Below are positions 18,634 to 27,134 of a stretch of 64,000 nucleotides of DNA, one piece after another. Origin of the DNA: Lewinellaceae bacterium (GTDB taxonomy: Bacteria > Bacteroidota > Bacteroidia > Chitinophagales > Saprospiraceae); contig JACJYA010000017.1 in the NCBI GenBank assembly GCA_020636315.1, positions 4,762 through 68,761 on the forward strand, read 5' to 3'. The stretch's first letter is position 1. Each line of letters starts with the position of its first letter. A program made the position numbers and the translations under genes. The notes under the pieces were generated by a model that saw only the letters and a list, made by a program, of their open reading frames with translations, searched no databases and was not told the origin of the DNA.

Positions 18634-20889
18634 ATGAAGAGAAAAACAATCCAAAAAACTACCCTTATTTTGAGCATACTCCTGGCTGCGACAACGGCCC
18701 GGGCCCGGCATATCATTGGCGGAGTGATCACTTACGAATGCCTGGGCAACCAGCGATACGAATTCACCCTGAAGGTCTATCGGGACTGCTACTGTGATGA
18801 TTGCGCCGATTTTGACCCCACGGCATTTATCGCCATCTATAACTGCTCAGGGAACGGATGCCAAAACCAAAGCCAGAGCCTGCCATTCATGCGAGTCAAT
18901 ACCGACCTGTTGTCGGTCAGTGAAGTGGAGGCGCCGGACTATCCCTGCCTCATCCCTCCCGACATTTGCGTAGAGGAAGGATTATACCGCTTTCAGGCCA
19001 CGCTGCCTCTTTCGGGCCAGAGCTACCACGTTTCCTATCAGAGGTGCTGCCGCAATATCACCATCACCAATATCTTTGACCCGGAAAATACCGGCGCCAC
19101 CTATTCCATCGAGATCACGCCCAGGGCTCAGGAGCTGTGCAACAGCAGCCCGGTTTTCAACGAATTCCCCCCAACGGTCATCTGTGCAGGTTCTCCCCTG
19201 GAATTCGACCACTCGGCTACCGACCCCGACGGCGATCAGCTGGTTTACAGCTTATGCTCCCCATTGGCAGGCGGCGGGCCGATCACCGACGACCCCAACC
19301 TCTACAACACCTGCATCGGCGCACGCCCCATCCCCGCCTGCCCTCCCCCCTACGATCCGGTAACTTTCCTGGCGCCGAACTACACTGCTCTGGCGCCCAT
19401 GGGAGGCAACCCGCCGGTCGATATCGACGCCAATACGGGCCTGATCACCGGGACTCCCACCATTCAGGGGCAATTCGTGGTGGGAGTTTGTGTAGAAGAA
19501 TACCGCAACGGAGAACTCCTCAGCCGGGTCTTCCGGGATTTTCAGTTCAATGTCGCCCGATGCGATCCTACCGTCGTGGCCCAGATCGCCTCCGACGAGG
19601 TGGTCAATGACCAGGAATATGTCGTCGTTTCCTGTGGCGAAAACACCGTCGATTTCCGCAATCAGAGCTTTCAGGAAGACTTTATCGACTTCTGGGACTG
19701 GTCTTTCGATATCGATGGGCAGCCCCAGTCTTTTTCGGAATGGAGCCCTTCCATCACTTTTCCGGATACCGGCACCTACCTCGGGAAGCTGATCCTCAAC
19801 CCCAATACGGCCTGTGGCGATACGGCCAATATCCGGGTGCAGATCTATCCCGAGATCCGGGCGGACTTCAGCTTCGATTACGATACCTGCACAGCCGGGC
19901 CGACAACCTTCACCGACGCCTCCTTCACCGGCAGCGGTGAGATGGTTAGCTGGAACTGGTCTTTCGGCGACGGTGAGGGAGCCGATCAACCCAACCCTCT
20001 GCACATCTACCGCGACCCCGGAACGTTCCCCGTCAACCTCCAGGTTACCGACATCAACGGCTGCCAGGACGACCTGACCCGGATGCTTCCCTATTATCCC
20101 ATCCCGGAGCTCATCGTCGTATCTCCCAGTGCCTTCACCGGCTGCGTACCGGCCAGTATTTTCTTCAACAACCTCTCCTTCCCCATCAGCGATGAGTACG
20201 ATATCCTTTGGGAGTTTGGCGATGGCGGCACCGATACGGCCATCAGCCCCACTTACCTATACAAGGACCCCGGCACCTTTACCGTCAATGTCGATATCGT
20301 TTCGCCTCTCGGCTGCCAGACCGATACGTCCTTCAAAAACCTCATCACGGTGCTGCCGGCGCCGGTTGCCGGCTTTTCCTTCCGGCCTGAGGACCCAAGC
20401 AATATCCGGCCAACCGTCAACTTCCTGGACGAATCCATAGAAGCCATTCGCTGGCTTTATGATTTCGGAACCGGCCAAACCTCCAGTTTGCCCAACCCGG
20501 TTTACACTTTTCCGGACACCGGTATGTACCAGGTAATGCAAATCGTCACGCATCCGAGCGGCTGCCTGGATACGCTGCTGAAAACCATTGACGTCCGCCC
20601 CGAGGTGCGCTACTACCTGCCCAATGCCTTCACCCCCAATAATGACGGCTCGAATGATATCTACGTCGGCAACGGAGTCATGGAAGGGGCATCCAATTTC
20701 AACCTTTCCATCTGGAACCGGTGGGGAGAGCTCGTATTCGAAACCAGCGACCCGTTTGAAGGCTGGAATGGCCGCAAGCACAATACCGGCAGAGAGGCGC
20801 CCGCCGGAGTATATATGGTGCTGGTGACTTACAACGGGCCCCGGGGCGAGCCTTATGAACTCAGGGGAGTGGCGACGGTGGTGAGGTGA
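18634..20889 (+). CDS. T9SS type-B sorting domain (CHU_C) secreted protein, tandem paralog
   Basis: Start at MKRKTIQKTTLILSILLAATTARA (ATG 18634). Same architecture as the upstream gene: HIIGGVITYEC N-domain, PKD repeats (WNWSFGDGEGAD, WEFGDGGTDT) and C-terminal YYLPNAFTPNNDGSNDIY...GWNGR. Confidence 0.85.
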   Translation: MKRKTIQKTTLILSILLAATTARARHIIGGVITYECLGNQRYEFTLKVYRDCYCDDCADFDPTAFIAIYNCSGNGCQNQSQSLPFMRVNTDLLSVSEVEAPDYPCLIPPDICVEEGLYRFQATLPLSGQSYHVSYQRCCRNITITNIFDPENTGATYSIEITPRAQELCNSSPVFNEFPPTVICAGSPLEFDHSATDPDGDQLVYSLCSPLAGGGPITDDPNLYNTCIGARPIPACPPPYDPVTFLAPNYTALAPMGGNPPVDIDANTGLITGTPTIQGQFVVGVCVEEYRNGELLSRVFRDFQFNVARCDPTVVAQIASDEVVNDQEYVVVSCGENTVDFRNQSFQEDFIDFWDWSFDIDGQPQSFSEWSPSITFPDTGTYLGKLILNPNTACGDTANIRVQIYPEIRADFSFDYDTCTAGPTTFTDASFTGSGEMVSWNWSFGDGEGADQPNPLHIYRDPGTFPVNLQVTDINGCQDDLTRMLPYYPIPELIVVSPSAFTGCVPASIFFNNLSFPISDEYDILWEFGDGGTDTAISPTYLYKDPGTFTVNVDIVSPLGCQTDTSFKNLITVLPAPVAGFSFRPEDPSNIRPTVNFLDESIEAIRWLYDFGTGQTSSLPNPVYTFPDTGMYQVMQIVTHPSGCLDTLLKTIDVRPEVRYYLPNAFTPNNDGSNDIYVGNGVMEGASNFNLSIWNRWGELVFETSDPFEGWNGRKHNTGREAPAGVYMVLVTYNGPRGEPYELRGVATVVR

Positions 20890-20915
20890 TGGGCTGGTTC
20901 GTGATTCGGTATTCG

Positions 20916-20984
20916 TATAATCGTTGATTCGGGAAACCGGATACCGAATCAACGATTATACAAATTCACGATTCACGATTCACG
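20916..20984. repeat. 17-bp-stem hairpin followed by (GATTCAC)3 tract
   Basis: TATAATCGTTGATTCGG (20916-20932) pairs with CCGAATCAACGATTATA (20944-20960), followed by ATTCACGATTCACGATTCACG (20964-20984). It lies after the second T9SS gene. Confidence 0.7.
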
Positions 20985-21014
20985 AAAACATTAGGTATTT
21001 CCAGAGAAAAATTT

Positions 21015-21022
21015 TACCTTTG
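21015..21022 (+). promoter_or_regulatory. Bacteroidota -7 promoter box (TAnnTTTG) for rplS
   Basis: TACCTTTG, 44 nt upstream of the ATG. Confidence 0.5.
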
Positions 21023-21065
21023 CACGGCTATTTTCAGACGCTATCAATATTCAAATCGGAAAACG

Positions 21066-21428
21066 ATGGACGCGATAAAATTTGTACACGAGCAACTCAA
21101 CGAAAAAAAGGAGTTTCCGAAGTTCCGCCCCGGGGACAATATCGTTGTAAACTATAAGATCATCGAAGGAGACAAGGAGCGTATCCAGGCATTTCGCGGC
21201 GATGTGATCCAGATCAAAGGCGAAGGCGTTACCAGGACTTTCACGGTAAGGAAGTTCTCCAACGGCGTTGGTGTAGAGCGTATCTTCCCTTTCAACTCTC
21301 CGAACATTACTGAGATCCAGTTGCTGAAGCGGGGCAAAGTCCGCCGCGCCAAATTGTTCTACCTCCGCGAACTGGTGGGAAAGAAAGCACGCATCAAGGA
21401 ACGCCGCCACGTCAAAACCGAAAAATAA
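21066..21428 (+). CDS. rplS: 50S ribosomal protein L19
   Basis: 120 aa. FRPGDNIVVNYKIIEGDKERIQAFRGDVI and RRAKLFYLR are typical of L19. Confidence 0.95.
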   Translation: MDAIKFVHEQLNEKKEFPKFRPGDNIVVNYKIIEGDKERIQAFRGDVIQIKGEGVTRTFTVRKFSNGVGVERIFPFNSPNITEIQLLKRGKVRRAKLFYLRELVGKKARIKERRHVKTEK

Positions 21429-21454
21429 AGCGCAGATACATTCTGCCAAACCCT

Positions 21455-21495
21455 AAAGCGGGCAGTAGCTTCACGGAGCGATTGCCCGCTTTTTC
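21455..21495 (+). terminator. Rho-independent terminator of rplS
   Basis: Stem AAAGCGGGCA / TGCCCGCTTT with an 18-nt loop, followed by a T-run (CGCTTTTTCTG). Confidence 0.7.
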
Positions 21496-21518
21496 TGTTA
21501 ATTCACCGGCTGCTTTCC

Positions 21519-21622
21519 GGGGCTGTTCTGGGTTTCTGGTTTCTGGTTTCTGGTTTCTGGTTTCCGGGGTTCTGGAAACCAGCGGGTTAGCGTAACCAGA
21601 CACACTTATTTGAACAATCCCC
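21519..21622 (+). repeat. REP/MITE-like element with GGAAACCAGCGGGTTAGCGTAA core
   Basis: GGGGCTGTTC-(GGTTTCT)x5-CTGGAAACCAGCGGGTTAGCGTAACCAGACACACTTATTTGAACAATCCCC. The ends are inverted (GGGGnnTGTTC / GAACAATCCCC). Confidence 0.7.
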
Positions 21623-21815
21623 ACCCTTTATTGAACTATCCCTGGCCGACAAAGAAAATGGATAAAATATTCCTTTCCCCGGGCGCTCACCGGCCTCGGC
21701 TTTGACCTCAACCTCAAACCTTACATTAAATTATTAGGCATTCTTCCCGCGATTTTCTATTTTCTTTGCTCAATTTGCATACGCACCAGATGATTCTTGT
21801 ACATCCAACCAAAAA

Positions 21816-23600
21816 ATGAGATCCATGAGAAAGAGCATGCTAACCATTCTGGTAGCCCTGCTGCTTGCCGGCTTTCACCTTTCTGCCCAACCTTCGGAAC
21901 AGGTTTTCCGGGAGATCGACGAATTTGTGGAACAGGCCCGGCAGGACTGGAAGGTGCCGGGCGTTGCCGTCGGCATCGTAAAAGGCAACGAAGTGATATA
22001 TGCTAAAGGCTTCGGCTCGCGCGATGTAGAATCCGGCAAGCCCGTTACGGAAAACACGCTCTTTGCCATCGGCTCCAGCACCAAGGCCATGACTGCCCTT
22101 TCCGTCCTGCAACTCGTCGATGACGGCCTGGTGGAACCGGACAAGCCCGTCCTGGATTACCTGCCGGACTTCCGGATGTACGACGACTATGTGACTCAGC
22201 ACCTGTCCGTACGAGACCTGCTTTGCCACCGCTCCGGCCTTCCCCGGCACGACCTGGTATGGTACGGCTCCGATGACAGCCGGGAAGAACTTTTTCACAA
22301 ACTGAAGTATCTGGAACCCAACCGGGGATTTCGCGAGGTTTTCCAGTACCAGAACCTGATGTATATGACGGCAGGCTACCTCGTCGGAGAAGTAACCCAC
22401 AGCAGTTGGGAAACACAGGTAAAGGAACGCATCTTCAAACCGCTGGAGATGGAACGGGCCAGCTTCTCCGTTGAAAACCTGCAAAAGGACCCCGATCACG
22501 CCCTGCCCTACAACAAGGAAAAGGACGAGATAAAACGGATGGATTTCCGCAATATTGACGCCGTGGGGCCAGCCGGTTCCGTCAATGCTTCCGCCAGCGA
22601 GATGTGCCACTGGCTCATCGCCCAGCTTAACGGCGGCAAATACAGAGACACGGAGATCATCACCTCCACCAGCCTGGCGGAAAGCCACACGCCCGTCATA
22701 CCGGTTTCCGGCCCACTGTCCGGCTTCCTGGCTTTTGACAACAACGGCGGGCCCATCACCTACGGGCTGGGCTGGTTCATCAGTACGCACAAAGGGCGCC
22801 TGGCTTTTCAGCATGGAGGCAACATCGACGGGTTCAGCGCAATGGTAGCGTTCCTGCCCGGGGATTCCATCGGCATCGTCGTACTCACCAACCTCAACGG
22901 CACCATGCTGCCAGCCGTCATCAGGAATTTCGTTTTCGATAAAATGCTGGGTGAAGAGATACGCGACTGGAACGGAGAGATGCTCAGTATGATCAGCAAG
23001 ATGGAAGAACAGCCGCCGCAAGAAGACGTCAAACGGGTGAGCGGCACCCAGCCCTCTCACAAGCTCGAAGCCTACACCGGACAATTCACTCACCCCGCCT
23101 ACGGCACTATCACCATCACGCCCGAGGGCGACTCCCTTCACCTCAGCTACCATACTTTCGAAGTGAACCTGGGGCATTACCACTATGACGTCTTTACCGG
23201 TAAAAATCCCATGATAGGAGAAATAAAAGTCGCTTTCCACACCAATATGGACGGCGAAGTGGCCCGCCTAAGCAGCATTCTGGAACCCGCCCTCGACGCC
23301 ATCTACTTCGACCGCAAAGCGGAGGAAAAGGCCTTCACGGAGGAAGAACTCAGCGCCTTTACCGGCGAATACCTCATCATGGGCGTGCAGAAACTGACGG
23401 TCAGCGAAAAAGACGGCCAACTGCAGATCACCGTCCCCGGGCAGCCTACTTACACGCTGGAATACTACAAAGGGCTGGAATTCAGGCTGAAAGGGCTGAA
23501 AGGCTACAGTGCCTTGTTCCAGAAAGGCGATGACGGCAAGGTCACCGGACTGGTAATGATACAGCCGAACGGGCAGTTTAAAGGGGAGAAGGTGAAGTGA
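21816..23600 (+). CDS. serine hydrolase, class C beta-lactamase/PBP-like, with C-terminal extra domain
   Basis: Signal peptide, S-x-x-K (SSTKAM), Y-x-N (YQN) and an HGG triad-equivalent. ~200-aa C-terminal extension. Confidence 0.85.
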   Translation: MRSMRKSMLTILVALLLAGFHLSAQPSEQVFREIDEFVEQARQDWKVPGVAVGIVKGNEVIYAKGFGSRDVESGKPVTENTLFAIGSSTKAMTALSVLQLVDDGLVEPDKPVLDYLPDFRMYDDYVTQHLSVRDLLCHRSGLPRHDLVWYGSDDSREELFHKLKYLEPNRGFREVFQYQNLMYMTAGYLVGEVTHSSWETQVKERIFKPLEMERASFSVENLQKDPDHALPYNKEKDEIKRMDFRNIDAVGPAGSVNASASEMCHWLIAQLNGGKYRDTEIITSTSLAESHTPVIPVSGPLSGFLAFDNNGGPITYGLGWFISTHKGRLAFQHGGNIDGFSAMVAFLPGDSIGIVVLTNLNGTMLPAVIRNFVFDKMLGEEIRDWNGEMLSMISKMEEQPPQEDVKRVSGTQPSHKLEAYTGQFTHPAYGTITITPEGDSLHLSYHTFEVNLGHYHYDVFTGKNPMIGEIKVAFHTNMDGEVARLSSILEPALDAIYFDRKAEEKAFTEEELSAFTGEYLIMGVQKLTVSEKDGQLQITVPGQPTYTLEYYKGLEFRLKGLKGYSALFQKGDDGKVTGLVMIQPNGQFKGEKVK

Positions 23601-23628
23601 GGTTTAACAGGAGTCATCTGTTCGCATT

Positions 23629-24228
23629 TCAGCCAACGGGGTTAAAGAGCTCATTAAGGGCTATTTCCAAACCCGGAAAGATATGGGCTTTCGCCACCTG
23701 GTCTTCCGTCAGGGGTTGTAACCCTATAAAACGCCCTTCCTTGCTGAGCAAATAAATGAAAACCGCTTTTTCAGAGGGGTTAACCAGCCAGTATTCCCTT
23801 ACGCCAGCTTCTTCATATACTTCGTATTTATCCCGCATTTCCTTTTTGGAATTGCCTGGAGAAAGGATCTCAATCACGAAGTCAGGCGCCCCTTTGCAGC
23901 CTTTCTCATCCAGTTTTACGGTATCGCAGACCACACAGAGGTCAGGTTGCACAACCGTAAATATGCCTTCATCACCTTTAGCAGCCGGGCCAGGCAACCG
24001 CACATCGAAAGGCGCCGGAAAAACCTGACAGGGTTTACGATAAAAATAGTTACCCAGCTGGCGGTCAAGTTCATGCGATATCCGCTGATGCTCTGTTCCT
24101 GGAGCCGGGCTCATCTTAAAGACCTTACCTCTGATGAGTTCTATGCGTTCTTTCATACGCCAAAGCAGGTAATCAGCGTAGGAATAAAGCTTCTTGGTAT
24201 CCAGTTCTGAGAGGTCGGTAACGGGCAT
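23629..24228 (-). CDS. Uma2-family (DUF820) putative PD-(D/E)xK endonuclease
   Basis: YADYLLW...IELIRGKV...PDLCVVCD...APDFVIEILSPGN...YEEAGVREYWLVNP matches the Uma2 family pattern. Confidence 0.8.
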   Translation of the reverse strand: MPVTDLSELDTKKLYSYADYLLWRMKERIELIRGKVFKMSPAPGTEHQRISHELDRQLGNYFYRKPCQVFPAPFDVRLPGPAAKGDEGIFTVVQPDLCVVCDTVKLDEKGCKGAPDFVIEILSPGNSKKEMRDKYEVYEEAGVREYWLVNPSEKAVFIYLLSKEGRFIGLQPLTEDQVAKAHIFPGLEIALNELFNPVG

Positions 24229-24247
24229 TTTTTTTTATTTTCTTCTC

Positions 24248-24255
24248 CAAATTTA
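24248..24255 (-). promoter_or_regulatory. Bacteroidota -7 promoter box for the Uma2 gene
   Basis: The minus strand reads TAAATTTG, ~20 nt upstream of ATG 24228. Confidence 0.4.
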
Positions 24256-24279
24256 CAACAATTGGGCCGTGAAGGCAAT

Positions 24280-26715
24280 CTAAAAACCTATGCTAACCCC
24301 CATCAGGAAATTCCTCCCCGCCTGCGGGAAGTAGCCCTGGTCCAGCGCCACGGCGCCATCATAGATATAGCGGTACGACCAGGCGTTGGTTTCGAACTGA
24401 GCATCGAAAATATTGCGCGCCAGCAATGTAAGGGCGATCTCCCGGACGAAGCCGGGCCGGAATACATAGCGGATGCGCAGGTCGGTGAAGGAATAGGGGT
24501 CGATGCTGTTGCCCTCGTCCGATGTGATATCGATGTACTGCCGGCTGACGTATTTGGAAAACAGGGCTAAAGTGGCGTCATGCTTCGGGTCCCGCCGGAA
24601 AGCTTCATAGGCCAGGCTGGCGCCGGCGATAACGCCCGGAGAAAAGGACAGGCCCGTATCCTCATGTTTGATGGCTTCCTGGCCCAGCCAGTTGAAATCG
24701 GCGTCATAGACATCGACATACTCGGTGAAGGCCGCCACTTTGTTGCGGCTGAAGGTAGCATTTGCGTCGAGGCGCAGGCCGGGGGTCAATTGCAGCCCTC
24801 CCACCAGTTCGGCTCCCAGCCGGTAGCTTTTGTCAAGGTTGATGCGCGTATATTCCCCCACATCGTTCACCTCCCCGTTCAGGGCGAGCTGGCCGCGGTA
24901 ATACATGTGATAAACATTGACGCCGATGGCTGCCTTATCCCAGTTGTGCCGGTAGCCTGCTTCGGTATTATAGAGGGTTTCCGGTTCGGGCCGGCTATCG
25001 GCTGTGGACTCGACGTAATCGTTGCGGTTGGGTTCCCGGTTGCCCACCGCAAAGGAGGCGTAGGCGTTTGAGCGGGGCGTAACCTGATAATACAACCCTA
25101 TCTTGGGATTGAAGAAATGGAGTGAGACGGACTGCTCTACATTCTCAGCCTGGCGGTTGAACCCCAGGAAGTCATAGCCGACGCGCCGGTACTGCAGGTC
25201 GAGATAGGCATTGAGGTTGCGCAACAACTCGTAGTTGAACTTGGCAAAGATGTTGAAGTCCGACTTGCGGGCATCGTTCTCATAATACCGCTGGTCCTTC
25301 TCGCTGTTGCTCGCAAATTCAGCCCAGGTGACCTCTCCGAAATGGAGCCCTTCGTAGATGTGATATCCTCCGCCAAGGGTTGCATCCAGGGCGCCGAAGG
25401 GAGACCGGTAGTGCAACCCGTACACCGCCCCATAGAAGTCGTTGTCGAGCCACAGCCGGCGGATGAGGTTGGTGGTGCTGACTACCTCCCCGCCCATGCT
25501 GATATTTTCCAGCCCATAGTCGGCCAGAGCCTGATCGGCCTTGTATTGTTCGAAGTAACCTTTGCCGAGGGTGTAGTGCAGGGCGAGGTTGAGGTCCCAG
25601 TTGGGGTTCAGGGCCGTATTGTACAGCAGTTGATAGTGGGTTTGCCGGTAATCATCGACCTCATCATCATAGGGTTCCCCCTCTTTTTCGGTACCTGCCG
25701 GGTTGAAGGTGCGCAGTTCCTTATCGCCGAGGTAACCGGGCGGCACGCCATACCAGGCCTGGTAAGTTACCTCATGGCCGGAGAAGGTGATAAACCGCAG
25801 GCTGCTCTTTTCTCCAAGGTAAGCGCCGGAAAGGTAGTAGGACTGCAGATCGGCAGTCGCCCGGTCGATATAGCCATCGGAAGTAATGCGCGACAGGCGC
25901 CCGTCGATGGCAAATTTATCCTTCAACAGGCCGGTGCCGAACTGGAGGTTGGCCTTCTGGGTATTAAAGGATCCGACGGTGCCGTTGAACTCGGCATAAG
26001 GAGCGGTGTGCAACTGAGCGGTATTGAGGTTGATGGTAGCGCCGAAAGCTCCGGCGCCGTTTGTGGAAGACCCCACTCCGCGCTGGATCTGAATGTCGGC
26101 TGCCGAGCTGGTAAAATCGGGCAGGTCCACCCAGAAGACGCCCTGTGACTCGGCATCGTTGAGCGGGATGCCGTTGATGGTCACATTGATCCGGGTGGGG
26201 TCGGTGCCACGAATGCGGATGCCGGTATAGCCCACTCCGGTTCCGGCATCGGAGGTGACGACCGCCGAAGGCGTCCAGCGCAGCAGGAAGGGGACATCCT
26301 GGCCCAGGTTGCTCTTTTCGATCTCCTCGGCCTTCAGGTTGGTATAGGTAAGAGGGGCTTTCTCGCCGGCACGGGTGGCCCGGACGATGAGCTCATCTAC
26401 CTGCACCGAAGCTGATTCCAGGCGGACGTCCATTTCCACAAGGCTCTGCCCCTCGGTTACCACTACCTCCTGGAAGGCCGTTTCATAGCCGATGTAAGTC
26501 ACTTTGAGGGTATAATCCCCCGGTTTTACGTCAACAATCCGGTACCGCCCTCTTTCATTGGCGGCATCGCCCTGTTTCGTTTCCACCACCAGGACGTTGG
26601 CGCCCGCCAGGGGCTGTCCGTTTTCATCCGTCACCTGTCCTGACAGTACACATTGCCCCCAGGCAAAGGTATGCAGCAAAAGGCCGGCCAACGCAGCCAG
26701 TAAAAACCTGATCAT
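24280..26715 (-). CDS. TonB-dependent receptor with CarboxypepD_reg N-domain (TPP-riboswitch controlled)
   Basis: 811 aa with a signal peptide. Carboxypeptidase-regulatory-like domain (GQVTDENGQPLAGANVLV...YTLKVTYIGYE), then plug, then a beta-barrel ending in GVSIGF. Confidence 0.9.
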   Translation of the reverse strand: MIRFLLAALAGLLLHTFAWGQCVLSGQVTDENGQPLAGANVLVVETKQGDAANERGRYRIVDVKPGDYTLKVTYIGYETAFQEVVVTEGQSLVEMDVRLESASVQVDELIVRATRAGEKAPLTYTNLKAEEIEKSNLGQDVPFLLRWTPSAVVTSDAGTGVGYTGIRIRGTDPTRINVTINGIPLNDAESQGVFWVDLPDFTSSAADIQIQRGVGSSTNGAGAFGATINLNTAQLHTAPYAEFNGTVGSFNTQKANLQFGTGLLKDKFAIDGRLSRITSDGYIDRATADLQSYYLSGAYLGEKSSLRFITFSGHEVTYQAWYGVPPGYLGDKELRTFNPAGTEKEGEPYDDEVDDYRQTHYQLLYNTALNPNWDLNLALHYTLGKGYFEQYKADQALADYGLENISMGGEVVSTTNLIRRLWLDNDFYGAVYGLHYRSPFGALDATLGGGYHIYEGLHFGEVTWAEFASNSEKDQRYYENDARKSDFNIFAKFNYELLRNLNAYLDLQYRRVGYDFLGFNRQAENVEQSVSLHFFNPKIGLYYQVTPRSNAYASFAVGNREPNRNDYVESTADSRPEPETLYNTEAGYRHNWDKAAIGVNVYHMYYRGQLALNGEVNDVGEYTRINLDKSYRLGAELVGGLQLTPGLRLDANATFSRNKVAAFTEYVDVYDADFNWLGQEAIKHEDTGLSFSPGVIAGASLAYEAFRRDPKHDATLALFSKYVSRQYIDITSDEGNSIDPYSFTDLRIRYVFRPGFVREIALTLLARNIFDAQFETNAWSYRYIYDGAVALDQGYFPQAGRNFLMGVSIGF

Positions 26716-26835
26716 AACAATTGAAAAATTTTGGTGAAACAGTCGCCGACACCCGGGGCTGGCCCGGCGTTTCGCTTCACTGCGGGCAGGATGCCCGCCT
26801 CATACCTTTGGAAGGTTTTTCCACCTCTAGTGGTA

Positions 26836-26922
26836 ACCCTCATCTCCCTTCCCGGCATTACCCGGACAGGTTCCATGGGTATGATCTCAGCCCCGCCTGT
26901 GCGAGGCACCCCAGATGAGTAT
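26836..26922 (-). promoter_or_regulatory. TPP (THI-box) riboswitch
   Basis: The minus strand reads CTCATCTGGGGTGCCTCGCACAGGCGGGGCTGAGATCATACCCATGGAACCTGTCCGGGTAATGCCGGGAAGGGAGATGAG. P1 is CTCATCT/AGATGAG. GGGGTGC, GCTGAGA, ACCC, AACCTG..CCGGGTAATGCCGG and GAAGGGA all match the THI element consensus. Confidence 0.85.
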
Positions 26923-27134
26923 TTTTCAGGCGCCTTTTGGGAATGGGAAATCAAAAATTTTAACCGGCTCGTAGAGACGGTCAATAATCAACCCTCCCTT
27001 TCCCGGCGGATGCCTGTTTGTGCTGGTAACAAAGGTAAGGAATTATTGTTTGGTGCAAGAGTTTAATAATAATTTTCCGATATTCGGAATTGGGAACCGA
27101 CCCGGAATTATTCCTTTTTCAAATTTTATAGGGT

